A stretch of DNA of 64,000 nucleotides from an uncultured bacterium (GTDB taxonomy: Bacteria; Eisenbacteria; RBG-16-71-46; JAFGJU01), in contig CAZMZP010000075.1 of the NCBI GenBank assembly GCA_964570935.1, positions 19,173 through 83,172 of the forward strand, given 5' to 3'. Positions within the stretch are counted from its first letter, which is position 1, and the number at the start of each line of letters is the position of its first letter. The position numbers and the translations under genes were made by a program. Shown here one piece after another: positions 36,174 to 45,013 of the stretch. The notes under the pieces were generated by a model. It saw only the letters and a list, made by a program, of their open reading frames with translations. It searched no databases and was not told the DNA's origin.

Positions 36174-37009
36174 TTCTTTCCTATCTCCCTCACAAGTTCT
36201 TTGAAGAACGGGACCAGGCGCGTGACCGTCTTCCCGACGACCTCGGCCACTTCCTCGTGGCTCAGCTCGGCGTTTCCGATGCCTGTCGCCAGGTTAGATA
36301 TGCAGGAGAGCCCCAGCACGCGCAGACCCAGAGTGTTCGCAACGAGCACCTCGTGCGCCGTGGACATGCAAGCTGAATGAGCGCCGATCCTCCGCATGAA
36401 TTCGGATTCGGCTCCGGTCTCGTAGCTGGGTCCGGTAGAACTGCAGAGCACGCCCTGTTTCAGCGCGACGCCGTACCTTTCGGCCGCGCGCCTGGCCACG
36501 TCCATGTATACGCGGTCGTACAGAGCGGGGCATCTCCTTGCCAGGGGCTCCGTCTTCCAGCCGCACTCTCCCCTGAGTGGCTGGCGAAACGTCAGGTCTA
36601 TGTGGTCCTGCACGAGCATCACGTCGCCGGGTCCGATGTCGCGCGTGAACGAACCGCTGGCGTTGGTCACTATCAGGGAGTGAACCCCGAGCGCGGCCAG
36701 CACTCTGACCGGGAACGTGACGTCGGCCGGAGAATGACCCTCGTAAAGATGAACACGGCCCTGGAGTATGGCGACGTGAGTCTCCGCGAAGCGCCCCAGC
36801 ACGAGAAAGCCCTGGTGGCCGTGAACCGTGGGCGGCTTGAAGTGCGGGATGGTCGAATACGGGATGGCGCAGCCTCTGTCGACTTCGGCAACGAGCGGCC
36901 CGAAGCCGGACCCCAGGATGATTCCCAAGGAAGGGACAGCCGGGCATTCTCCACGGACCCGCCTCACCGCGTCTTTTACCATCTGGTCTCTTTCGTCCCA
37001 GTTCGTCAT
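36170..37009 (-). CDS. punA: Purine nucleoside phosphorylase (trimeric family)
   Basis: IILGSG, GRVHLYEGH, TNASG, GPSYET, MSTAHE, SNLATG. Confidence 0.9.
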   Translation of the reverse strand: MTNWDERDQMVKDAVRRVRGECPAVPSLGIILGSGFGPLVAEVDRGCAIPYSTIPHFKPPTVHGHQGFLVLGRFAETHVAILQGRVHLYEGHSPADVTFPVRVLAALGVHSLIVTNASGSFTRDIGPGDVMLVQDHIDLTFRQPLRGECGWKTEPLARRCPALYDRVYMDVARRAAERYGVALKQGVLCSSTGPSYETGAESEFMRRIGAHSACMSTAHEVLVANTLGLRVLGLSCISNLATGIGNAELSHEEVAEVVGKTVTRLVPFFKELVREIGKK

Positions 37010-37047
37010 CTGTTACCTTTCTTCGGCTGCGGCACGAGCGCCGCCGC

Positions 37048-37962
37048 TCACTGTCTTTCTTTCTGGTAAGGCACTCCGTCCGCCGCCGGCGGGACTGAGC
37101 GGCCTATGAAACCCGCCAGGACCGCGATCGTCGCGACGTACGGTATCATCTGGATGAATTGAGTCGGTACGTTTCCTCCCTGGAGCTGCATCTGGAGAGT
37201 CTCCGCGGCCCCGAAAAGGAGGCACGCGCCGGCCGCACCCAGAGGATTCCATTTTCCCACGATCATGGCGGCCAGCGCAATATAGCCCCTGCCGCTGGAC
37301 ATGCCGTCCGTGAAACTGTGCTGGTCCATCGCCAACCAGGCGCCTCCCAGGCCAGCCAGGGCTCCGCTGGCCAGCACCCCGGCGTACCGCATCGCGGTCA
37401 CGTTCACGCCCAGACTGTCCGCCGCCTCGGGGTGCTCGCCCACGGAGCGAAGCCTCAGCCCGAAAACGGTCTTGAAGAGCGTGAGCTGGCTCGCCGCCAC
37501 GACCACGACCGCCGCCAGGATCAGCGGCGAAGAGAATATCGTGGAGACGACCGGGATGTCCCGCAGCACGGGAATGGCCCACTCGGGCAGTCCCGCGATC
37601 CTGCCCGAATTGCTGGAGCTTCCGAAAATGACTTTCAGGAAGAAGCGCGTGGCGCCGGCGGCGAAGAGGTTGATGGCCAGCCCGCTCACTATCTGCTCCG
37701 CTTTGAGAGTAATCGTCACGACCGCGTGTATGAGGGCGGTCGCGACCCCGCCCGCCACCGCGGCCAGAATCCCCAGCCACGGGTTCCCGGTGTAGTGAGT
37801 GGCCAGCGCGCACGTGAACGCGCCGTTCAGGAGAATACCCTCCAGGGCGATGTTCACGACGCCGCCGCGTTCCGAAAACGTGCCGCCCACCGCGGCCAGC
37901 GTGTACGGCACGGATATCCTGATCGTCTGCGCCACGAACGTGAGGACTATCATCCAGTCCAT
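37048..37962 (-). CDS. Nucleoside-type ABC transporter permease (NupC/YufQ-like)
   Basis: SERGGVVNIALEG, GLRLRSVGEHP, GRGYIALAA. Confidence 0.9.
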   Translation of the reverse strand: MDWMIVLTFVAQTIRISVPYTLAAVGGTFSERGGVVNIALEGILLNGAFTCALATHYTGNPWLGILAAVAGGVATALIHAVVTITLKAEQIVSGLAINLFAAGATRFFLKVIFGSSSNSGRIAGLPEWAIPVLRDIPVVSTIFSSPLILAAVVVVAASQLTLFKTVFGLRLRSVGEHPEAADSLGVNVTAMRYAGVLASGALAGLGGAWLAMDQHSFTDGMSSGRGYIALAAMIVGKWNPLGAAGACLLFGAAETLQMQLQGGNVPTQFIQMIPYVATIAVLAGFIGRSVPPAADGVPYQKERQ

Positions 37963-37974
37963 CGCACCGGTTCC

Positions 37975-39096
37975 TTACCTGAGCGACCTCTTCTTCAACG
38001 ACACCGCAAGCGCGCCGAAGAGGTTGGTACCGACTATGACCGCGACAATGACTATCGCTTGGAGTATTTCCACCAGCTCCTTCGGCACGACGGAGTTTAT
38101 GACGAGCCCGCCGTAGCTCAGCGCCCCGAACAGCAGAGCCGCCAGCACCACGCCCAGCGGATGATTCCGGCCCAGCAGCGCGACCGCTATGCCCATGAAA
38201 CCTATTCCGGCCGAGAAGCCCTGTTCGTAGTAGTACTTGTAGCCCAGGACGAAGTCGACCCCCACCAGACCGGCCAGGGCTCCGCTGAGCGTCATTGCCG
38301 TCACGATCCCGGAGGCCACGCTCACTCCGCCGTACTCCGCCGCCCACGGGTTCAAACCCACGGCCCTCAGCTCGAAACCGTGCTTCGTCCTCCACAGGAA
38401 CAAGTACACGAGAACGGCCACCGCCAGGGCCAGGAACAGACTGACGTTCACGGGCGAACCCTTGAACGCCGGCCAGAACTGTTCGAGCCGCGGTATCTGC
38501 GCCTGCGGGGCTATCCTCGGGGTGTGAATCGTCTCCGGGACTATGTACACGTTCGTTACCATGTATCCGGTCAACGCGATGGCTATGAAGTTGAGCATGA
38601 TCGTGTTTATGACTTCGTGAGTGCCGAACCTGGCCTTGAGATACCCGGGTAAGGCTCCCCAGGCCGCGCCGCCCAGGGCGGCTGCCACGACGCAAAGCGG
38701 CACCAACGCCACACCAGGCAGCCCCGTCAGCGTGAACCCCACCCACGCCGTACAGAACGCGCCAACGTACAGCTGGCCCTCCGCGCCTATGTTGAAAAGG
38801 CCCGCTTTGAACGCCAGGGCCACCGCCAGTCCCGAGAAGATGAGGGGCGTGGCCTTAAAGAGGACCTGTCCGAACCCGTAGGAATCCCCGAACGTGCCCC
38901 TGGCTAGCCTGGCGTATACAAGGCCCGGGTCCTGTCCAATGGCGGCTATGAAAAGCGCGCCGACCCCAAAGGCGGCGGCAAGCGCGACCAACGGGACGCC
39001 CACGGCCCCCCCAAGGCTGAGGAGAAGACCCGTCCGGGTCCTTCCGGGTGCCCGGGTTTCGGGCGGCGCGTTCAAGTCAGTGAGATTGTGGTTCAT
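37975..39096 (-). CDS. Nucleoside-type ABC transporter permease (NupB/YufP-like)
   Basis: GLFNIGAEGQ, HEVINTIMLN, GFELRAVGLNP, GFMGIAVALLG. Confidence 0.9.
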   Translation of the reverse strand: MNHNLTDLNAPPETRAPGRTRTGLLLSLGGAVGVPLVALAAAFGVGALFIAAIGQDPGLVYARLARGTFGDSYGFGQVLFKATPLIFSGLAVALAFKAGLFNIGAEGQLYVGAFCTAWVGFTLTGLPGVALVPLCVVAAALGGAAWGALPGYLKARFGTHEVINTIMLNFIAIALTGYMVTNVYIVPETIHTPRIAPQAQIPRLEQFWPAFKGSPVNVSLFLALAVAVLVYLFLWRTKHGFELRAVGLNPWAAEYGGVSVASGIVTAMTLSGALAGLVGVDFVLGYKYYYEQGFSAGIGFMGIAVALLGRNHPLGVVLAALLFGALSYGGLVINSVVPKELVEILQAIVIVAVIVGTNLFGALAVSLKKRSLR

Positions 39097-39187
39097 TCGC
39101 TCACCGGTAGAAGTCAGCTTCGTGCCAAGGAGACTACGCCTGCGCGTGGCCGCGCTGCCGCCCCGCGTGAGCGGCCACCGCCGCGCA

Positions 39188-40747
39188 TCACGCAGTCGGC
39201 CGGCCGGCGCCGGTCATCAGGAGTCCCAGTTCCTTCTCGTCGGTCGCGGCCGCATCGACTGTGCTCACGACCCTGCCGCCGAACACGACGGCTATTCTGT
39301 CGCTCAGGCTCAGGATCTCGGACAGGTCCGCGGACACGAGCAGCACGGCCGTGCCGGCGTCTCTCTGCGAGACGAGACAGCGCCTGATGAACTCTATGGC
39401 CCCGATGTCCACGCCCCTGGTGGGCTGGGCCGCCACCAGCAGTACCGGCTTGCGGCCCAGCTCGCGGGCCACGACCAGCTTCTGCTGGTTGCCTCCGGAC
39501 AGCGCGCCGGCCCTCAGGAAGGGAGCCCGCGGCCTGACGTCGAACTCCCGGAGGGCCCACTCCGCGTTCGCCAGGACGGCGTTCGAGTCCAGAAACACCC
39601 GGCCGGCGTAAGGCGGCCTGAACTGAGAGCCCAGGATCAGGTTCTCACCCACGGTGAACTCCGTTATGAGCCCCCGCTTCAGACGGTCCTCCGGAATGTG
39701 CGCCACCCCGCGTTCGAGCATCTGTCTGGGAGACGAACCTGTGACGTCGTGGCCCCCGAGCAGGACTCTGCCGGAGGCCGGTTTCCTGAGCCCGGCGATC
39801 ACCTCCACGAGCTCCGTCTGGCCGTTCCCCTCGACTCCAGCCACTCCCAGGATCTCGCCGGCGTGGACGCTCAAGGAAAGGCCCTTCAGTCTGGGCACCC
39901 TGCCTGCGCCCAGCGCGTGAACGTCTATGAGCTCCAGCACCGCTCCGCCCGGCGCGGCAGGACCCTTGTCCACGTCGAACAAGACTCTTCTTCCCACCAT
40001 CATCATGGCCAGCTCCGCGGGCGACGAGTCCCGCGTGTCGACCATGCCCACGACCCTGCCGTGGCGCATAACGGTCACTCTGTCGGAGATCTCCATGACT
40101 TCGTTCAGCTTGTGCGTGATGAAGACGATGGTCTTTCCCTGCTCCCTCATCTTCCGCAGTATGATGAAGAGGGCGTCGGTCTCCTGGGGCGTGAGAACGG
40201 CCGTGGGTTCGTCAAGTATGAGGAGCTCCGCGCCCCTGAAGAGTATTTTCAGTATCTCTACGCGCTGCTGCGCTCCCACGGACAGTTTCTCGACCTGCGC
40301 CAGCGGGTCCACGGACAACGCGAACAGCCGGGAAAGTTCGTCTATTCTCCGGGACGCGGACTTGAGATCCAGGAACACGCCGGACCGCGAAGGCTCGGAG
40401 CCGAGGACGACGTTCTCGGCCACCGACAACTGCGGGATCAGCATGAAATGCTGGTGCACCATCCCGACGCCAAGCGAAATCGCGTCCGCCGGGGTCCTGA
40501 TATCGGTCCTCATCCCGTCGAAGGAAATGCGGCCGGAATCGGGCCTGTACAACCCGTACAGTATGCGCATGAGAGTGGACTTGCCCGCGCCGTTTTCACC
40601 CACCAGCGCGTGGATCTCGCCCTTCCGCACGTCGAGGCTCACGCAGTCGTTGGCCTTGACGAGGGCGAAGCGCTTGGATATGCCCTCCATTTGAAGGAAG
40701 GTCGGGGAACGGGGCGAAGCGGGGGTGTCACGTGGAGGGAACAACAA
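39188..40747 (-). CDS. Two-domain ABC ATPase (NupA/YufO-like)
   Basis: GENGAGKST, LDEPTA, LSGGNQQK, QPTRGVD; exact start uncertain. Confidence 0.92.
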   Translation of the reverse strand: MLFPPRDTPASPRSPTFLQMEGISKRFALVKANDCVSLDVRKGEIHALVGENGAGKSTLMRILYGLYRPDSGRISFDGMRTDIRTPADAISLGVGMVHQHFMLIPQLSVAENVVLGSEPSRSGVFLDLKSASRRIDELSRLFALSVDPLAQVEKLSVGAQQRVEILKILFRGAELLILDEPTAVLTPQETDALFIILRKMREQGKTIVFITHKLNEVMEISDRVTVMRHGRVVGMVDTRDSSPAELAMMMVGRRVLFDVDKGPAAPGGAVLELIDVHALGAGRVPRLKGLSLSVHAGEILGVAGVEGNGQTELVEVIAGLRKPASGRVLLGGHDVTGSSPRQMLERGVAHIPEDRLKRGLITEFTVGENLILGSQFRPPYAGRVFLDSNAVLANAEWALREFDVRPRAPFLRAGALSGGNQQKLVVARELGRKPVLLVAAQPTRGVDIGAIEFIRRCLVSQRDAGTAVLLVSADLSEILSLSDRIAVVFGGRVVSTVDAAATDEKELGLLMTGAGRPTA

Positions 40748-41804
40748 TCTCTCCGGAAACTATTTTTTGCTTGAGCGTCTCGACCCTGGCGCGTATGTCT
40801 TCGCCGATCAGTGCCTTGTTGTTGTCGTCGTACACGTAGCTGATCCCGCCCTCCTTGAGACCGAGCGCCCTCACCCCGCCCTCGAACGTGTTGTTCATCG
40901 CGGACTTTATGGTCTCCAGGACCGCGACGTCCACGTCCTTGATCATGCTCGTGAGGATGTAGCCCGGCGCCTCGGCGTACTGGTCGGAATCCACGCCTAT
41001 GGCCAGCTTGCCTTTTTCCCTGGCCGCCTCGAAGACGCCCAGACCCGTCGAGCCGGATGCGTGAAATATCACGTCCGCGCCCTTGGAGTACTGCGTCAGC
41101 GCCAGCTCTTTACCCTTGCTGGGGTTCTTGAACGCGTTGTCCGTGACGCCGGCGTAAGACACGAACACTTTCACGTCGGGCCGGACGTACGTCGCGCCGG
41201 CGATGTAGCCCGCCTCGAACTTCTTGATGAGGGGGATCTTCATGCCACCCACGAAACCTATCTTGCCCGTCTTGCTCTTCAGCGCCGCCACGGCGCCCAC
41301 CAGGAAGGAGCCCTCTTCCTCTCTGAACTTGAGAGCGACCAGGTTGGCCGGGATGCTGTCGGCGTCCGTGACCGTGTAATCCACGCACGCGAACTTCTTG
41401 TCTGGAAACTCCTTCGCGGTCTGCGTTATGTCGTCGGTGAACAGGAAGCCGATTCCGAAGATGACCCGCGCGTCTCCGTTGGCCATCAGACGGAGCGCGG
41501 AGGCCCTGTCGCTTCCTTCGCCCGGCTCGATGTACTCGAAGTCCACTCCCAGCTCTTCCTTGGACCTCACGAGTCCCCTGTAGGCGGAGTCGTTGAAAGA
41601 CTTGTCGCCCCTGCCGCCGACGTCGAACACCAGCCCGACCTTGAAAGCTGCGTTCGCGGCGCCCGAGTCCGTCTCGTCCGTCCCGCTCTTTTCCTTCTTC
41701 GCGCAGGACAATGCGCAGACCGTCAGAAAAAGCGCAAGGCAGAGCATCGCTGTCACGAAGAAACCGGCTGAGTGCTTTCGGCGCGCGGCGTGAAGCGTTC
41801 TCAT
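40728..41804 (-). CDS. BMP-family nucleoside-binding lipoprotein (PnrA/TmpC-like)
   Basis: GGAGG RBS; lipobox ALSC; GDKSFNDSA, GADVIFHASG, AIGVDSDQ. Confidence 0.9.
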   Translation of the reverse strand: MRTLHAARRKHSAGFFVTAMLCLALFLTVCALSCAKKEKSGTDETDSGAANAAFKVGLVFDVGGRGDKSFNDSAYRGLVRSKEELGVDFEYIEPGEGSDRASALRLMANGDARVIFGIGFLFTDDITQTAKEFPDKKFACVDYTVTDADSIPANLVALKFREEEGSFLVGAVAALKSKTGKIGFVGGMKIPLIKKFEAGYIAGATYVRPDVKVFVSYAGVTDNAFKNPSKGKELALTQYSKGADVIFHASGSTGLGVFEAAREKGKLAIGVDSDQYAEAPGYILTSMIKDVDVAVLETIKSAMNNTFEGGVRALGLKEGGISYVYDDNNKALIGEDIRARVETLKQKIVSGEIVVPST

Positions 41805-41842
41805 GAAGTCTGATTCCTCCAACTGGGTCGTTTCCGGCGCGG

Positions 41843-42526
41843 TCATTTCCGGCCGGACCTTCCGGCGCCTGGCTTCCCGGTCCCGGGTTTCCTGCCGGCG
41901 GGCTTCTTCGGGACTGTATTCTTTCCGCCGGACTTCTTCGCGTCGGACGGGGCCGGCCGTTCTTTCCCGGGCGGCTCGAAGCAGTGACGGCACCTGGCCT
42001 CGTACAGGTCGGCGGCGCCGACCACTATTCTCTCCTTGCTCGGGACCTTGCGTTGGGTCCTGTTCGCCGGGTTGCCGCAGACAACGCAGATGGCCAGCGT
42101 CTTGGTGATGTACTCCGCCACGGCCAGCAGCTGCGGCATGGGCTCGAAGGGCTTTCCGGTGTAGTCCTGGTCCAGCCCCGCCACTATCACTCTCTTGCCG
42201 CTGTCGGCCAGCTTCTGGCACACGCCTATGAGGTCGGCGCCGAAGAACTGCGCCTCGTCGATTCCGACGGCGTCCGCGTCCATGGCCCTCTTGAGTATTT
42301 CGCCGCAGTCGGAAACCTCCTGCGAGGGTATCCGCTGGAGATTGTGGGATACGATGTGGTCGCTGCCGTATCTCCGGTCTATCCGCGGCTTGAAAATGGA
42401 GACTTTCTGCCTGGCGATCTGCGCCCTCCTCAGCCTCCTGATGAGCTCCTCGGTCTTCCCGCTGAACATGCTTCCACAGATGACCTCGATCCAGCCGGTG
42501 TTCTTCTGCGGGATGTTCTCAGTCAT
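41843..42526 (-). CDS. tdk: Thymidine kinase
   Basis: [37 protein letters not shown]; basic tail. Confidence 0.95.
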   Translation of the reverse strand: MTENIPQKNTGWIEVICGSMFSGKTEELIRRLRRAQIARQKVSIFKPRIDRRYGSDHIVSHNLQRIPSQEVSDCGEILKRAMDADAVGIDEAQFFGADLIGVCQKLADSGKRVIVAGLDQDYTGKPFEPMPQLLAVAEYITKTLAICVVCGNPANRTQRKVPSKERIVVGAADLYEARCRHCFEPPGKERPAPSDAKKSGGKNTVPKKPAGRKPGTGKPGAGRSGRK

Positions 42527-42594
42527 TTTGCACCTTCCTCACGCGTCTCGCGAGAACGCGCCGGCGGCCGGCGCGGCAAGTCTCGACGCGACGC

Positions 42595-43209
42595 TCACAG
42601 CAGCGAGCGGATCTTGGTCTTTAAGAGATCGATGGCGACTACGTTATGTCCGCCCTGCGGGATTATGATGTCGGCGTATCTCTTGGACGGCTCCACGAAC
42701 TGCAGGTGCATCGGACGCACGCTGCTCTCGTACTGCTCGATTATGGACTCGATACCGCGGCCCCTCTCCCTCAAGTCCCGCTTGAGCCTCCTGATGAACC
42801 TCTCGTCCGCGTCCGTGTCTATGAACACCTTTATGTCCATCAGGGTCCGCAGTTCGACGTCGTCCAGGATGAGGATGCCCTCCAGCACGATGACGAGATG
42901 CGCCCCGATCCTCCTGGTCTCCCCGCTCCTGCGATGCTGGGTGAAATCGTAGATCGGCTGTTCGATCTGCCGGCCGTGGATGAGCTTCAGGATGTGCTCC
43001 CTGAGGAGGGGCATGTCGAACGCGTCGGGATGGTCGAAGTTCTGCCTGCAGCGCTCCTCGTACGGCAGGTGGCACATGTCGTTGTAGTAGGAGTCCTGCT
43101 TGATTATGACGACCTTGTCCGACCCCAGCTCGGAGTAGATGGTGTCGGCCACGAGGGTCTTGCCCGAACCCGACCCGCCCGCTATCCCGATGACGATGGC
43201 CTTGCTCAT
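42595..43209 (-). CDS. udk: Uridine kinase
   Basis: GGSGSGKT, NFDHPDAFD, EGIL, RDLRERGR, FVEPSKRYADIIIP. Confidence 0.95.
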   Translation of the reverse strand: MSKAIVIGIAGGSGSGKTLVADTIYSELGSDKVVIIKQDSYYNDMCHLPYEERCRQNFDHPDAFDMPLLREHILKLIHGRQIEQPIYDFTQHRRSGETRRIGAHLVIVLEGILILDDVELRTLMDIKVFIDTDADERFIRRLKRDLRERGRGIESIIEQYESSVRPMHLQFVEPSKRYADIIIPQGGHNVVAIDLLKTKIRSLL

Positions 43210-43221
43210 TCCTTCGACCTT

Positions 43222-43524
43222 TCAGTCACGCGGCCCCGGCCTGGCGCCGTCCGTCTCCGGCAGGTCCACGCTGTCGACGACGCCAACGATGACGGTTCTG
43301 ACGGGTCCCCTCTGCATCTTGAGGATCTGGGACGCGGCGTTTCCCTCGTCCGACACCAGCACCATGTCCCCGCCGCCGGCGCCCACGCTGTCCACTGCGA
43401 TCACGGGTTTGCCGCTGGGGGAGAGGGACAAGTCTAGCGGGCGGACCAGGAGGAGCTTCTTTCCGCGGAGGTCTCTATGCTTTACTGTGGCGGCTATCTT
43501 CCCCACAACTCGTGCAAGGAACAT
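43222..43524 (-). CDS. EutN/CcmL family microcompartment vertex (BMC-P) protein
   Basis: MFLARVVGKIAATVKH, KLLLV, AVDSVGAGGGD.VL, VIVGVVD. Confidence 0.9.
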   Translation of the reverse strand: MFLARVVGKIAATVKHRDLRGKKLLLVRPLDLSLSPSGKPVIAVDSVGAGGGDMVLVSDEGNAASQILKMQRGPVRTVIVGVVDSVDLPETDGARPGPRD

Positions 43525-44182
43525 TTTCACAACCTGCCAGCGTGCCGGACATCTCGCAATCGTGTGACTTGACGAGCCCCACGATCTCGTCGATCTTGTG
43601 CGCGTGCTCGATGAAATTCACGGTGTCGGTGTCGACCTCGTGGACTCGCGTCATCCTGCGCGCCCTCCCAAGCCATTCTTCGTAAGCGTCGTCGAGCGTT
43701 TTCAGATAGTCGAGCGTTATTGACTTCTCACTCTCCCGGCCCCTGTGCTTTATCCTGTCCATCAGGCTCACGGGTTCGGCGCGCAGGTAGATTATGAGGT
43801 CGGGCGGCCTGATGAACTCGAGCATCGTGTCGAACAGCGCCTTGTAGTTGGCGTAGTCTCTGTCGCACATGTGGCCGAGGCGGTTGAGCGTTCTGGCGAA
43901 GACTTCGGCGTCCTCGTAGATGGTCCTGTCCTGGATGAAGGAGACGCCGGATTCCAGCATCTTCTTCTGGGCCTGGAATCTCTTCGAAAGGAAGAAGATC
44001 TGGAGATGGAAGCTCCATCTGTTCATGTCCTTGTAGAAATCGTCCAGGTAGGGGTTGTCGATCACGGGCTCGTAATACGCCTGCCAGCCGGTCCGCCTGT
44101 TAAGCTCTCTCGTCAGGCAAGTCTTTCCGGCTCCGATGTTGCCGGCGATCCCGAGAAAAAAGCTCTTGTGTTCCACGGCCAT
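43475..44182 (-). CDS. Deoxynucleoside kinase (dCK/dGK family)
   Basis: GNIGAGKT, EPVIDNPYL, QIFFLSKR, DRTIYED, RGRESE. Confidence 0.92.
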   Translation of the reverse strand: MAVEHKSFFLGIAGNIGAGKTCLTRELNRRTGWQAYYEPVIDNPYLDDFYKDMNRWSFHLQIFFLSKRFQAQKKMLESGVSFIQDRTIYEDAEVFARTLNRLGHMCDRDYANYKALFDTMLEFIRPPDLIIYLRAEPVSLMDRIKHRGRESEKSITLDYLKTLDDAYEEWLGRARRMTRVHEVDTDTVNFIEHAHKIDEIVGLVKSHDCEMSGTLAGCENVPCTSCGEDSRHSKA

Positions 44183-44187
44183 GGTCC

Positions 44188-44757
44188 TCAGGGCACTCCG
44201 ATCTCCGACTCTTCCAGAGTGGCCACGTAGGGGAGGTTTCTGTACTTCTGGGCCAGGTCAAGCCCGTACCCGATGACGAACTTGTTCGGAATCACAAAAC
44301 CCACGTAATCAATCGCTATGTCGACCTCCCTCCTTTCGCGCTTGTCAAGAAGCGCGCATATCCTGAGCGAACGCGGGAGCCTGGCGAGGAGCATTCTCTT
44401 TATGTAGGACAGGGTAAGGCCGCTGTCCACGATGTCCTCTATGATGATGACGTCCTCGTTGCTGATGTCTCTCTCCAGGTCTTTGAGCAGCCGCACGACG
44501 CCGGAGCTCCTGGTGAGGTTGTTGTAGCTCGACACGGACATGAAGTCGATTTCGGGGTTGATGGTGAGATGCCTAACCAGGTCGGACAGAAACAGAAAAC
44601 TGCCTCTCAGGATTCCTATGAGGATGGGGGATTGACCGGGGTAGTCGCGGGAGATCTCGAGGCCAAGCTCCTTCACGCGTTTCTGTATTTGTTCTTCTGT
44701 GAGCAGGACTTCCATTGATTGCCCCGGGACCGCCGCCTGTCGCAGAGTGGATCGCAT
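44188..44757 (-). CDS. hpt: Hypoxanthine phosphoribosyltransferase
   Basis: GILRGSFLF, IIEDIVDSGLTL, FVIGYGLD, YRNLP; start could be 44757 or 44715. Confidence 0.93.
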   Translation of the reverse strand: MRSTLRQAAVPGQSMEVLLTEEQIQKRVKELGLEISRDYPGQSPILIGILRGSFLFLSDLVRHLTINPEIDFMSVSSYNNLTRSSGVVRLLKDLERDISNEDVIIIEDIVDSGLTLSYIKRMLLARLPRSLRICALLDKRERREVDIAIDYVGFVIPNKFVIGYGLDLAQKYRNLPYVATLEESEIGVP

Positions 44758-44783
44758 TACTTTGTTCCGCAACAGTGGATCGC

Positions 44784-44812
44784 TTGACCGTTTCCCGCAG
44801 CTTATGTATAGT
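44784..44812 (+). promoter_or_regulatory. sigma70 promoter of the deaminase-rpiB unit
   Basis: TTGACC-17 nt-TATAGT. Confidence 0.7.
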
Positions 44813-44877
44813 TCTATCTTACTTCACTGGTGACAAGCGGCGAACGGCTCTCTTGGCCGCTCAAAAAGCTGTGGTGG

Positions 44878-44906
44878 AGTCTAGCGCGAACGGATTCGGG
44901 TGTCAA
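44878..44906 (-). promoter_or_regulatory. sigma70 promoter of the hpt salvage operon
   Basis: Minus strand TTGACA-17 nt-TAGACT. Confidence 0.7.
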
Positions 44907-45013
44907 CTCTTAACTCTGGTTGGCGCTTCCGGATTCGGGGCGCTCCGCGGGCGGACGCACGCACGCTTCAGTGGGGTCACCCGCGGTCTCACGCCGCGTT
45001 GCAGGAGGTCAGG

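Noticed and set aside
43222-43524. Ethanolamine utilisation or carboxysome interpretation of the EutN/CcmL gene
   Set aside because: No eut, pdu, RuBisCO or hexamer genes in the window; the context is nucleoside salvage
43475-43530. Cys-rich C-terminal tail of the deoxynucleoside kinase as a metal site
   Set aside because: It is encoded in the 50-nt overlap with the vertex gene and is most likely a by-product of that overlap
44757-44871. Purine riboswitch upstream of hpt
   Set aside because: No purine aptamer consensus (ATATGG...GTTTCTACC...CCGTAAA) in the leader
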